Source of the DNA: Myxococcales bacterium
GTDB taxonomy: Bacteria; Myxococcota; Kuafuiibacteriia; Kuafuiibacteriales; Kuafuiibacteriaceae
Assembly: GCA_019634385.1 (NCBI GenBank)
Contig: JAHQVK010000069.1
Coordinates: 22,182-86,181, forward strand
Length of the DNA: 64,000 nucleotides
Direction: 5' to 3'
Shown: one piece after another, positions 10,348 to 17,548 of the stretch
Position numbering within the stretch: the stretch's first letter is position 1
Layout of the letters: every line of letters starts with the position of its first letter
Made by a program: the position numbers and the translations under genes
The notes under the pieces: generated by a model
Databases searched by the model: none
Seen by the model: the letters and a program-made list of their open reading frames with translations, nothing else
What the model was told of the DNA's origin: nothing

Positions 10348-10879
10348 TAAAGATCACGTTGGGCTATTTGACTATGAGGGGAGGGTGCCAGTTGCAACCT
10401 AAATACTCCCTGCGGTGAGATGCTCCGTCATGCGATTTCTGTCAATGGTGGTACAGGCAAAGCTCAAGGCGGCGACATATGTCATCGGTGATGCTCGCAT
10501 TGAGACTTATGATAAACTAAGTATATATCTACATTCTCCTCTATCTCTATGCATGTAGTTCAACGAAGTTTAGTTGGTGAGTCTAAGTTATTCCGAAGAT
10601 TTTCAACTGGTCGAGCGGTGAGGGAGAGTCGATCGAATCTTCAGAGCTTAAACTCAGTTTAGGCAATTCTGTCACAATGGTAGGGATAGATTATATGATG
10701 ATGAGGCTTGTCCTCAGGTCATGGCGAGGCTAGTCAGTAGGCTGATTTTGTGGGTACATATGAGAAAAGAGACAAACAGGGTTTGGGTGAGTGTATATAA
10801 GGAAACGAGATAGATGTGCTTGAAGATGGAGTGGTGTGTTCTATTGTTGTCGCGCGTTGATTCCAAGCGGAGAGCAAAC

Positions 10880-11063
10880 TAGGGCGTGTCTTTACACTAC
10901 GGACCGCGTTCTGACTTGTTTCCCGCGTATGTGAGGGTTCGGTGGTTTCGCCCCTCTTTCGGGCCTTTCGGCCGGGTACGTCCAGTACCCTCCCTCCGAG
11001 GCCGACTCTTCAACTCCGGCTACGGTGTCATCTCCGCAGCCGGAGTTTGAAGATGCGCCCTAA
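10880..11063 (+). repeat. Family B repeat, copy B1
   Basis: tagggcgtgtctttacactacggaccgcgttctgacttgtttcccgcg...ggagtttgaagatgcgcccta. About 185 bp with imperfect terminal inverted repeats and a long internal hairpin. Confidence 0.85.
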
Positions 11064-11085
11064 ATTGGGCGTATTTGAGCCGCTG

Positions 11086-11199
11086 TACAGCAAAGACCAC
11101 TTGAATTGATTCTGTAAGAATCAACAAGTGGTCGCGCAGCGGAGCATAACCCGGTGTGGAAGCAGGATCTTGGGTTGAACCCAAGTGATTTCCGCTGTA
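11086..11199 (+). repeat. Family A repeat, copy A2 (full length, reference copy)
   Basis: TACAGCAAAGACCACTTGAATTGATTCTGTAAGAATCAACAAGTGGTCGCGCAGCGGAGCATAACCCGGTGTGGAAGCAGGATCTTGGGTTGAACCCAAGTGATTTCCGCTGTA. It has three hairpins and terminal inverted TACAGC..GCTGTA. Confidence 0.9.
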
Positions 11200-11252
11200 A
11201 GTAGGTAGGCTTGAGCATGTTGATAGATTTGGATGTGCATTTATTGTTGAAT

Positions 11253-12044
11253 CTAGCTACGGGATAGGAGCAGGGAAATTGCCTCCTTATGAACTATACC
11301 ATTAGACGCAACAAGTCTTGGTGTTTCAACGTGAATGGGGCTTCCGTCATAAGCAGTCAACCGGCCCCCTGCGGCGGCGACCAGAGCCATGCCGGCGGCA
11401 ATATCCCAAGGTTTCACGCCCCCTTCCCAGTAGAGATCGTAAGTACCATCAGCCACCATACATAGGTCTATGGATGCCGAACCGCAGCGCCGGAGACCGC
11501 GAATATTGAGGAGTAATATAGATGTCTCGTGGAGATTGTTATCTGGATTTGTTTTTCGGTCGTATGGAAAACCAGTTGCGCACAGCGCTTGATTGAGGGT
11601 TTTGGTAACTGAGGGTTGGCAGGCGACGCCATTTCGGTGTGCGCCGATTCCAGCGATACCTGTCCACGTGGTACCTAAAATCGGGGCGTGTACAACGCCG
11701 AGTAGAGGCGTTCGGTTGTGGCAAAGGCCAATGGATACCGAAAAAAACGGGTGCCCATGTGAGAAGTTTGTTGTGCCGTCTAGCGGGTCTATGTACCAAG
11801 TCAGGTCTTGGTCTCCTGACAGCTGGGGAAGTTCTTCACCGATAATATTATGGTGGGGGAAAAGGCTATGGAGCCGTTTCTGTACAAGTTGTTCGACTCT
11901 GAGATCATATTCGGTTACAAGATCAATGGCTCCCTTTAGCGTGATGTCGGGTCTTTTACGGTAGCCTTGGTCTAGTAGTTGACCGGCTTCGAGAGCAATC
12001 GCCTTTACGTGGGGTAGAGCTTTTTGGAGTTCGTCTTGGTTCAT
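11253..12044 (-). CDS. suhB: Inositol monophosphatase family protein
   Basis: 263-aa ORF with the IMPase motifs WYIDPLDGTTNF and WDIAAG. Confidence 0.85.
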   Translation of the reverse strand: MNQDELQKALPHVKAIALEAGQLLDQGYRKRPDITLKGAIDLVTEYDLRVEQLVQKRLHSLFPHHNIIGEELPQLSGDQDLTWYIDPLDGTTNFSHGHPFFSVSIGLCHNRTPLLGVVHAPILGTTWTGIAGIGAHRNGVACQPSVTKTLNQALCATGFPYDRKTNPDNNLHETSILLLNIRGLRRCGSASIDLCMVADGTYDLYWEGGVKPWDIAAGMALVAAAGGRLTAYDGSPIHVETPRLVASNGIVHKEAISLLLSRS

Positions 12045-12089
12045 GTGACCCTGATAGCCGCAGAAGCTTAGACTCAGTTCAAGCTATAT

Positions 12090-12282
12090 CTGATGAAACT
12101 GGATTTGAAGCGGCTTCCGGCTATGGAGATGACGCCGTATCCCGCGTGTGTGAAGGGTCGTCCCCGGAGGGAGGGTACTGTATGTACCCGGCTGAGGGGC
12201 CCGAAACCGTGGCGAAACCACCGAGCACTCTCAAATGTGGGAAACAAGTCAGAAAACGGTCCGGAGTGTAAAGACACGCCCT
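12090..12282 (-). repeat. Family B repeat, copy B2 (left end divergent, boundary approximate)
   Basis: ...ggagatgacgccgtatcccgcgtgtgtgaagggtcgtccccggagggagggtact...gggaaacaagtcagaaaacggtccggagtgtaaagacacgccct. Confidence 0.8.
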
Positions 12283-12323
12283 CGCTTCCAATCCTTCGAC
12301 AGTCTGTAGTTTGGTAGTGAGAG

Positions 12324-12435
12324 TACATCAAAGACCCCTTGAATTGATTCTGTAAGAATCAACAAGAGGTCGCGCAGCGGGGCATAGCCCGGCGTAGAAG
12401 CAGGAACTTGGGTTCAGTCCACGGGATTCTGCTGG
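12324..12435 (+). repeat. Family A repeat, copy A3
   Basis: tacatcaaagaccccttgaattgattctgtaagaatcaacaagaggtcgcgcagcggggcatagcccggcgtagaagcaggaacttgggttcagtccacgggattctgctgg. The 3' hairpin is degraded. Confidence 0.85.
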
Positions 12436-12461
12436 ACTACCCGTGGTCGACCAGGTTTGAC

Positions 12462-12503
12462 GGGATAAAAGAGAGGCGGATGTTTCCAAAAGAAGCATCC
12501 GCC
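12462..12503 (-). terminator. Rho-independent terminator downstream of the pectate lyase gene
   Basis: The minus strand reads GGCGGATG-cttcttttggaaa-CATCCGCC followed by TCTCTTTTATCCC: an 8-bp GC-rich stem, 13-nt loop and T-rich tail, 34 nt after the stop codon. Confidence 0.6.
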
Positions 12504-12536
12504 TCCGGAGAATTCACCGCTAAAACGGCGAATTAA

Positions 12537-15263
12537 CTAATTAACATTACACGAAGCGTATTTGCCTTTTGAGTAGCAAACTTCAGGAACGCCACTGAGA
12601 TCTACGTTCCTAAGGGCGAACCGACTGCTTGAGCAGTCAGAGCGGAACACAGCTTCCTTCACGTTGCTAATGCTCGAGTTTTCGATCGTCCAATTGACTG
12701 GATAGCATCTTCCACCGTTTTCCCTCAGGACCTTACCTGCGTTGGTGATGATCGCGTTTCTCACAACTACTGTTGATCGAGCATTGGACTGGAAGACTTT
12801 GTCTGCTGCGTCTCGGGCAGTGATGTTACTGATAGTTACGTTGGCAGAGGACTTGATCGTGAGGGCATCCTCACAGACATTGGGCCAGTGAATATTGGTG
12901 ATGGTGGCGTTGCCGTACACATGGATGCCGTCACCACGTGGCCCAACGATCACATTTTTCAGCGTTCCGCCGTTTACGCGGAAGACCGGATCCTGCCCTT
13001 CACCCTGAGTGCAATCCCCCCAAGTTGGGGTATAGGTCTTACAGCCGCCATCAAAGGTGCCATTGACCTGGATTGTGCTTGAAACTCGCACGTTACCTTG
13101 GGAGCTTGTACAGGACGAACCACGACCTGAAGGACTGGGACTTGGCTCTGGGTTCGGTTCGGGCGTAGAGTTGTTGAAGTCGCTGCAATCACTTGCAGTT
13201 CCAACACCTGGTCCCGTGACTTCGAGATAGTCGATGTTAGCGAGACCAGAGCCTTGGTTTGCTGTGAGGGTCACGCGCTTGGTGCCGCTACCAAGATTGA
13301 GCGTCACTGCTCCCGTGTTGTTCCAAGAGTCCCAGCCACCAGTCCCGGAGAAGTTTTGGGTTCTAACGTTGCTACCATTGATGCGGACATTACCCGAGCG
13401 ATTGTCGGAGGTACCATTGGCATACTGCCATCGGAAGGTATACGAGCCCGATTGACCGGAAATACTCCAACCAACACTGGCCCCATTCGTGTTGTCGGTA
13501 TTCGCGAAGCCATCGCCGGAAAACCCACCGTTGTTGTTATCGACTGAGCCGTTGACACCACAGAACCCTGGAGAGTTCTCCTGGATTCGGATGGTTGGGT
13601 TGGGGCTTGGTGCTGGAGCGGGCTCCGGTTCTGGAGCGGGCTCTGGATCTGGTTCCGGAGCGGGCTCTGGATCTGGGTTAGGACCCCCACAACTACTGGG
13701 CGTCACGACACCCGGTCCGGATACTTCGAGGTAGTCAATGTTTGCGAGGCCGGAACCTTGATTTGCTACCAGGCGCACCGTCTTGGTTCCCCCGCTGAGA
13801 TTGAGCGTAACTGAAGTTGTTGTCCACGACTCCCATCCCCCGGTCCCCGGGAAATCCTCAGTGGAAAAGTTGCTGCCATTGACTAGAACCTGCCCAGAGC
13901 GGTTTGCGGTGGACCCATTTGCGTACCGCCACCGGAGGGTGTACGCCCCTGAGGGACCAGTAATGCTCCAGGTCACGCCTTGGCCATTGGCGTTTTCAGT
14001 GTTGGCAAAGCCATTCCCAGTGAAATTGCCGTTGTTGTTATCTACCGAACCGTCAACACCACAGAAACCGGAGGCATTCTCTTGAATCCGAGTGGTTGGC
14101 CCGCCGGGGCTTGGATCCGGGTCTATTGGATCTGGTTCCGGAGCGGGCTCTGGATCTGGTTCCGGAGCGGGCTCTGGATCTGGTTCTGCGGGGTTGGAGC
14201 AGTTACCACTCGATCTGCGCATACCGGTATTTGCACCTGCGGTGCTGCGAACAATCGATGGGACACAACTAGCTTGGTCCACTCTATAGCTATAGGGCAC
14301 ATTCACACTGCCGGTCGACCGGACATTTGGACCAGCCGGACGTTGGCTGCTGCTCGATTGCCATTCAACGTTGGAGAAAATATTGCCGCTGACCTCCCAG
14401 GTTCCGTTAGTATCGGTATAGAAGGTTCCAAGCGGATTGCGAGAATCAACAAAGTAGTTACCTTGAACGAGGGCTCGACCGCCAGCGCGGACGTTGATAC
14501 CGGTTTCGTTGATGCCATCATAAAAATTGTTGAAAATATGCCCGGTCCCGTACCGAAAAAGAGGGGTTCGGGTGTTAATGTTTTCCCACCAGTTGTGGTG
14601 GTAAGTTATGTAGTTGTTTTGGTCGCTCTCGCTTGAACCTACCAAACCACCACGGCCAGAATTTCGGAAACGGTTATAAGATATAGTTACATACTGGGTG
14701 TTGTTCTTCATGTCGAGCAACCCGTCGTAACCTTCATTCTCTCCCCCAAAAGCCTCTAGGGTGCAGTGGTCAATCCAGACATTTCGAACATCCTTCTCCA
14801 TCCCGATGGCGTCTCCGCCATTTGAGGTGGTGCCTCCGGATTTCTTAACATCACGAACATGAACATTCTGAATAATGATATTCGAGGAGTCTCGGATATG
14901 AATACCAATCTCATCAAAAACGGCACGACCCGAGCCCCGGATGGTGACGTTACTAACTTCCTTAATCTCAATCACGTTATCAGCGGTGTTGCAGCTATCG
15001 CCACTGACTTTTGAAGTGTTAGATGGGGTAATAGTCCCCGACACCTCGATGATAACCGGGGAGCTGCTCGACGAGCGGTTGCACAGTGCCTGGTGAATCT
15101 GGGTACCAGTACTCGCACGGACAACGGGGCCACCAGCACCGCCATCGGTGCCACCGTAGCCGACGATTTGTGCGTTGGCTTCGCCTGTCATGAAAAGAGC
15201 AAGTGCTACACCGACTGTTGCTTTCAGTCCTACGTAGCCTGCCTTAATATATAAAAATCTCAC
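12537..15263 (-). CDS. Secreted multidomain pectate lyase: PL1 domain, two CBM6/35-like modules, PL3 domain
   Basis: 908-aa ORF with a signal peptide (ALALFMTGEANA). PL1 motifs are VWIDHCT, RSGRGGLVGSSESD and RYGTGHIFNNFY. Two about 130-aa repeats each end in GLANIDYLEV. The C-terminal PL3-type region reads FRVNGGTLKNVIVG..DGIHVYG..NVCEDALTIKS. Domains are joined by PEPAPEPDP linkers. GGAGGA lies upstream of the GTG start. Confidence 0.85.
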   Translation of the reverse strand: MRFLYIKAGYVGLKATVGVALALFMTGEANAQIVGYGGTDGGAGGPVVRASTGTQIHQALCNRSSSSSPVIIEVSGTITPSNTSKVSGDSCNTADNVIEIKEVSNVTIRGSGRAVFDEIGIHIRDSSNIIIQNVHVRDVKKSGGTTSNGGDAIGMEKDVRNVWIDHCTLEAFGGENEGYDGLLDMKNNTQYVTISYNRFRNSGRGGLVGSSESDQNNYITYHHNWWENINTRTPLFRYGTGHIFNNFYDGINETGINVRAGGRALVQGNYFVDSRNPLGTFYTDTNGTWEVSGNIFSNVEWQSSSSQRPAGPNVRSTGSVNVPYSYRVDQASCVPSIVRSTAGANTGMRRSSGNCSNPAEPDPEPAPEPDPEPAPEPDPIDPDPSPGGPTTRIQENASGFCGVDGSVDNNNGNFTGNGFANTENANGQGVTWSITGPSGAYTLRWRYANGSTANRSGQVLVNGSNFSTEDFPGTGGWESWTTTSVTLNLSGGTKTVRLVANQGSGLANIDYLEVSGPGVVTPSSCGGPNPDPEPAPEPDPEPAPEPEPAPAPSPNPTIRIQENSPGFCGVNGSVDNNNGGFSGDGFANTDNTNGASVGWSISGQSGSYTFRWQYANGTSDNRSGNVRINGSNVRTQNFSGTGGWDSWNNTGAVTLNLGSGTKRVTLTANQGSGLANIDYLEVTGPGVGTASDCSDFNNSTPEPNPEPSPSPSGRGSSCTSSQGNVRVSSTIQVNGTFDGGCKTYTPTWGDCTQGEGQDPVFRVNGGTLKNVIVGPRGDGIHVYGNATITNIHWPNVCEDALTIKSSANVTISNITARDAADKVFQSNARSTVVVRNAIITNAGKVLRENGGRCYPVNWTIENSSISNVKEAVFRSDCSSSRFALRNVDLSGVPEVCYSKGKYASCNVN
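13200..14192 (-). repeat. Internal tandem duplication (linker plus CBM unit, two copies) within the pectate lyase gene
   Basis: Unit 1 is about 13704-14192 and unit 2 about 13200-13685. The linker DNA (tggttccggagcgggctctggatctgg) is near-identical in both, and the CBM peptides are clearly paralogous (TRIQENASGFCGVDGSVDNNNG versus TIRIQENSPGFCGVNGSVDNNNG). Confidence 0.8.
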
Positions 15264-15455
15264 TTTTCTCCTCCAAAATTGGAACTCGAGCTGGTCTCTA
15301 AGGGCCTCCCATAGAGCATAGTTGCTGGTTGTTCCTCCGAGGCTCCCTAGACAAAATATAATGGAGCTCGAGTTTGCTTACATACATAAGCTCATTCAGG
15401 CTCCGCAAAAATCCAACCGACGTCAATGTGAGATTCGCTGATGAGATAGGAGGCA

Positions 15456-15477
15456 AGAATGCTCTGCAGAGCATTCT
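15456..15477. promoter_or_regulatory. Perfect 22-bp palindrome upstream of the pectate lyase gene (possible operator)
   Basis: AGAATGCTCTG|CAGAGCATTCT, about 195 bp upstream of the GTG start at 15263. Confidence 0.2.
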
Positions 15478-15841
15478 CCACCCTGCGACGGCAAACCATC
15501 TAACTCATTATTTTGAAGTATGATTACAAAGTTTGAAGTTAATGGTCCTGAATTTGGGCAATAATTTACGCTTGATAAGAATTTATGCAGAGACATTCAC
15601 GAAGAGTGACAAGCTTGGTTCTACCTAAGAACAGCGAAAACTATGCTCTGCGGGCTCGGATAAAATAACGCGTATCTCCAGAAAATCCCAAATACCCTGA
15701 TGTTTCATAGGGGGTATTACGGTACTTGGGGCCAAAATATTTATGACTCAAGGGATCAGAGTCTAAGTAACAAGTATGATTGTCATCATAATGGGCAATC
15801 TTGACCTCATTCGAGTTTAACTTCGCTCTCACATAATTTCT

Positions 15842-15859
15842 TAGAATGTATACATTCTA
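15842..15859. promoter_or_regulatory. 18-bp palindrome sharing the AGAATG/CATTCT half-sites
   Basis: TAGAATGTA|TACATTCTA. It has the same outer half-site as the 15456 palindrome. Confidence 0.15.
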
Positions 15860-15928
15860 GATGTTATTGATGAACTGAAGCGAGTTGAGGTTCTGATTTT
15901 ATGGTCTGCAGGCTGGGTATCTGCGTAA

Positions 15929-16043
15929 TAGAGCAGAAATCCCTTGGGTTGAACCCAAGTTCCCGCTTCTCCGCTGGGGCTATGCCCCGCTGCGCGACCC
16001 CTTGCTGATTCTAAGAGAATCAATTCAAGTGGTCTTTGCGGTA
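15929..16043 (-). repeat. Family A repeat, copy A4
   Basis: Reverse orientation: tagagcagaaatcccttgggttgaacccaagttcccgcttct...gcgcgaccccttgctgattctaagagaatcaattcaagtggtctttgcggta. Confidence 0.85.
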
Positions 16044-16191
16044 TTAGATGTTTGTATAACGAGGTGTTGATTGTTTGGGAGGGTTGGTATGCCCTTCGTT
16101 AAGATAATGTATACATAATTGATTCTTAGCACTCTACCCGTTGATGCAGAGGTGAGGGTTGGCTTAGCACATAAGCCGTCTGTTTCGTTAG

Positions 16192-16364
16192 CAGCCGGTT
16201 GATTTGGCCATGTGTGTAGCTGTCGAGCCCGGCTTTTCGTGAAACGCTCTGACGACGAGGCGAGCGTACCCGGCGGTACGTGACCGAGGAGAGACTTTTC
16301 GTGGTCAGGACGTTTCACGGAAAGACCGGCCGACAGATGCGTGCAGGGCTAGATCAACCGGCTG
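16192..16364 (+). mobile_element. Family C MITE-like element, copy C1, flanked by a 4-bp direct duplication TTAG
   Basis: cagccggttgatttggcc...gggctagatcaaccggctg. It has roughly 19-nt terminal inverted repeats, and the whole 173 bp folds as a long hairpin. The flanks read cgTTAG|cagcc...ggctg|TTAGgg. Confidence 0.85.
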
Positions 16365-16518
16365 TTAGGGCCATCATGCCCTCTCGGATGTATCGGTTGT
16401 ATTACTAATTGTAGTGGTCTTTACTGCAGAAGTTGGTTGGCTTGAATCCAAGGACCAGCGACTGCGCTTGCTATTGCTCTGCTGCATCAAGACCACTGGG
16501 CAGGAAACAGCAGGGATA

Positions 16519-16632
16519 TACAGCAGAAATCCCCTGGGTTGAACCCGAGTTCCTGCTTCTTTGCGGGGCAATGCCCCGTTGCGCGACCCCTTGTTGATTC
16601 TTGGAGAATCAATTCAAGTGGTCCTTGCTGTA
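16519..16632 (-). repeat. Family A repeat, copy A5
   Basis: Reverse orientation: tacagcagaaatcccctgggttgaacccgagttcctgcttct...gcgcgaccccttgttgattcttggagaatcaattcaagtggtccttgctgta. Confidence 0.9.
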
Positions 16633-16650
16633 ATCTTGGAGTTTCCAGCC

Positions 16651-16830
16651 ACTAGCAGGCCATCTGAAAAGTGAGTTAGGCGCTTCGCGGGTCCTTTTTC
16701 CGTGAACGTCCGGACCGGCTTCGCCTTTCATCGGTTGCATACGCCCGGTATGCGCCCTCTTCATCCGGAGCGTTCCCCGGAAAAGAACCTTCGCGGATCA
16801 CCCATCCCACTTCTCCGATGGCCAGCTAGT
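16651..16830 (+). repeat. Family D repeat, copy D1
   Basis: actagcaggccatctgaaaagtgagttaggcgcttcgcgggtc...cgcggatcacccatcccacttctccgatggccagctagt. It has terminal inverted repeats, and its interior is related to the core of family C. Confidence 0.8.
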
Positions 16831-16958
16831 TCGCGCTACGTAGCAGCAGGGAGTCCTGGATACGTAGGGGGTAGGCTTTGCTGTGTAGGAAATAGCTCTT
16901 GCTTGTAAACGCCGACGAAATCTATGTGCCGAGTAGCTGGTTCATCGGATTCGTTCGT

Positions 16959-17534
16959 CTATTCAGGTTTTTGGACGAAGAGTTTAAAGCTCCCGTATTC
17001 TGCCCGGCCAGCAGTGTATAAGATCTTGAAGAGAGTTCGGTACGCGGTGCTTCGGTCGGCGATGATCGCAACGCGCCCGTGAAATTGTGCTCCTCCGTAC
17101 TCCTGCACATCTTTGAAATATTGGGCCCGTTTCTCTAAGGCGTTATATAGTGGTTGCACTAAATAACTATTGGGCCCATCGGGAAGATCTTCGGTACGTA
17201 TGTGGCTGTTGACGTCGAGTTGGGCCACAACCTCCTGGTCCACGAGAATAGCATTGGAGGTCACCATCAGTTGAAGCGCTTCTTGTACGTTTAGGTGGGT
17301 TGTTGAATGAGGTAAATTAAGGTTGGCTACGTTGACGTTGGATGACGAGGACGCAAAGCTTTGGATCAAAAAAACCAAAATAATGGTCATCATGTCCAGC
17401 ATGGGCGTGATGTTGAGATAGGTGACGTCTTCCGAATGATCGCGCTTACGGCGCCCGGTACGCCGGCGCTTGCGGGTGGCATCATACATTGCCTGGGACG
17501 TTGGCCCGCCGGTGAATTGGATAGATTGGGTCAT
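16959..17534 (-). CDS. ExbD/TolR-family biopolymer transport protein
   Basis: 191-aa ORF with a basic N-terminus and then NITPMLDMMTIILVFLI, the conserved TM Asp segment of the ExbD/TolR family. Confidence 0.8.
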   Translation of the reverse strand: MTQSIQFTGGPTSQAMYDATRKRRRTGRRKRDHSEDVTYLNITPMLDMMTIILVFLIQSFASSSSNVNVANLNLPHSTTHLNVQEALQLMVTSNAILVDQEVVAQLDVNSHIRTEDLPDGPNSYLVQPLYNALEKRAQYFKDVQEYGGAQFHGRVAIIADRSTAYRTLFKILYTAGRAEYGSFKLFVQKPE

Positions 17535-17548
17535 TCGGTATCTCCTGA

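Noticed and set aside
12074-12331. Track ORFs lying on family B repeats (12074..12331 -, 12093..12317 +, 35177..35431 +, 44604..44915 -, 63097..63345 +), whose translations resemble each other
   Set aside because: The similarity is due to repeated DNA. Copies differ by indels and by paired (stem-preserving) changes rather than synonymous changes. Both strands are open, orientation relative to neighbouring genes varies, and B5 carries a large internal deletion. This is more consistent with a structured non-coding element than with a peptide gene.
13980-14636. Long antisense or alternative-frame ORFs inside large genes (for example 13980..14636, 13304..13690, 18131..18730, 20012..20572, 20584..21093, 26086..26595, 46628..47092, 49985..50401, 50295..50786, 57473..57916, 58613..59029)
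   Set aside because: These are shadow ORFs inside CDSs that have strong family signatures on the other strand or frame. None shows an independent motif or RBS.
15641-15832. 63-aa ORF in the AT-rich spacer upstream of the pectate lyase gene
   Set aside because: It has no SD, a GTG start directly abutting a palindrome, and no recognisable family. I could not exclude it being a real small protein, but there is no positive evidence.
15929-16632. Recurring ~112-bp family A copies considered as a possible CRISPR array
   Set aside because: The copies are about 110 bp, internally palindromic, in both orientations, irregularly spaced (hundreds of bp to tens of kb) and dispersed between genes. There is no regular repeat-spacer periodicity and no cas genes.
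16025-16908. Track ORFs 16025..16318, 16374..16571 and 16702..16908, plus 30615..30812 and 30780..31133, inside repeat hot spots
   Set aside because: They are composed almost entirely of family A, C or D repeat sequence, lack RBSs, and have repeat-driven amino-acid composition.
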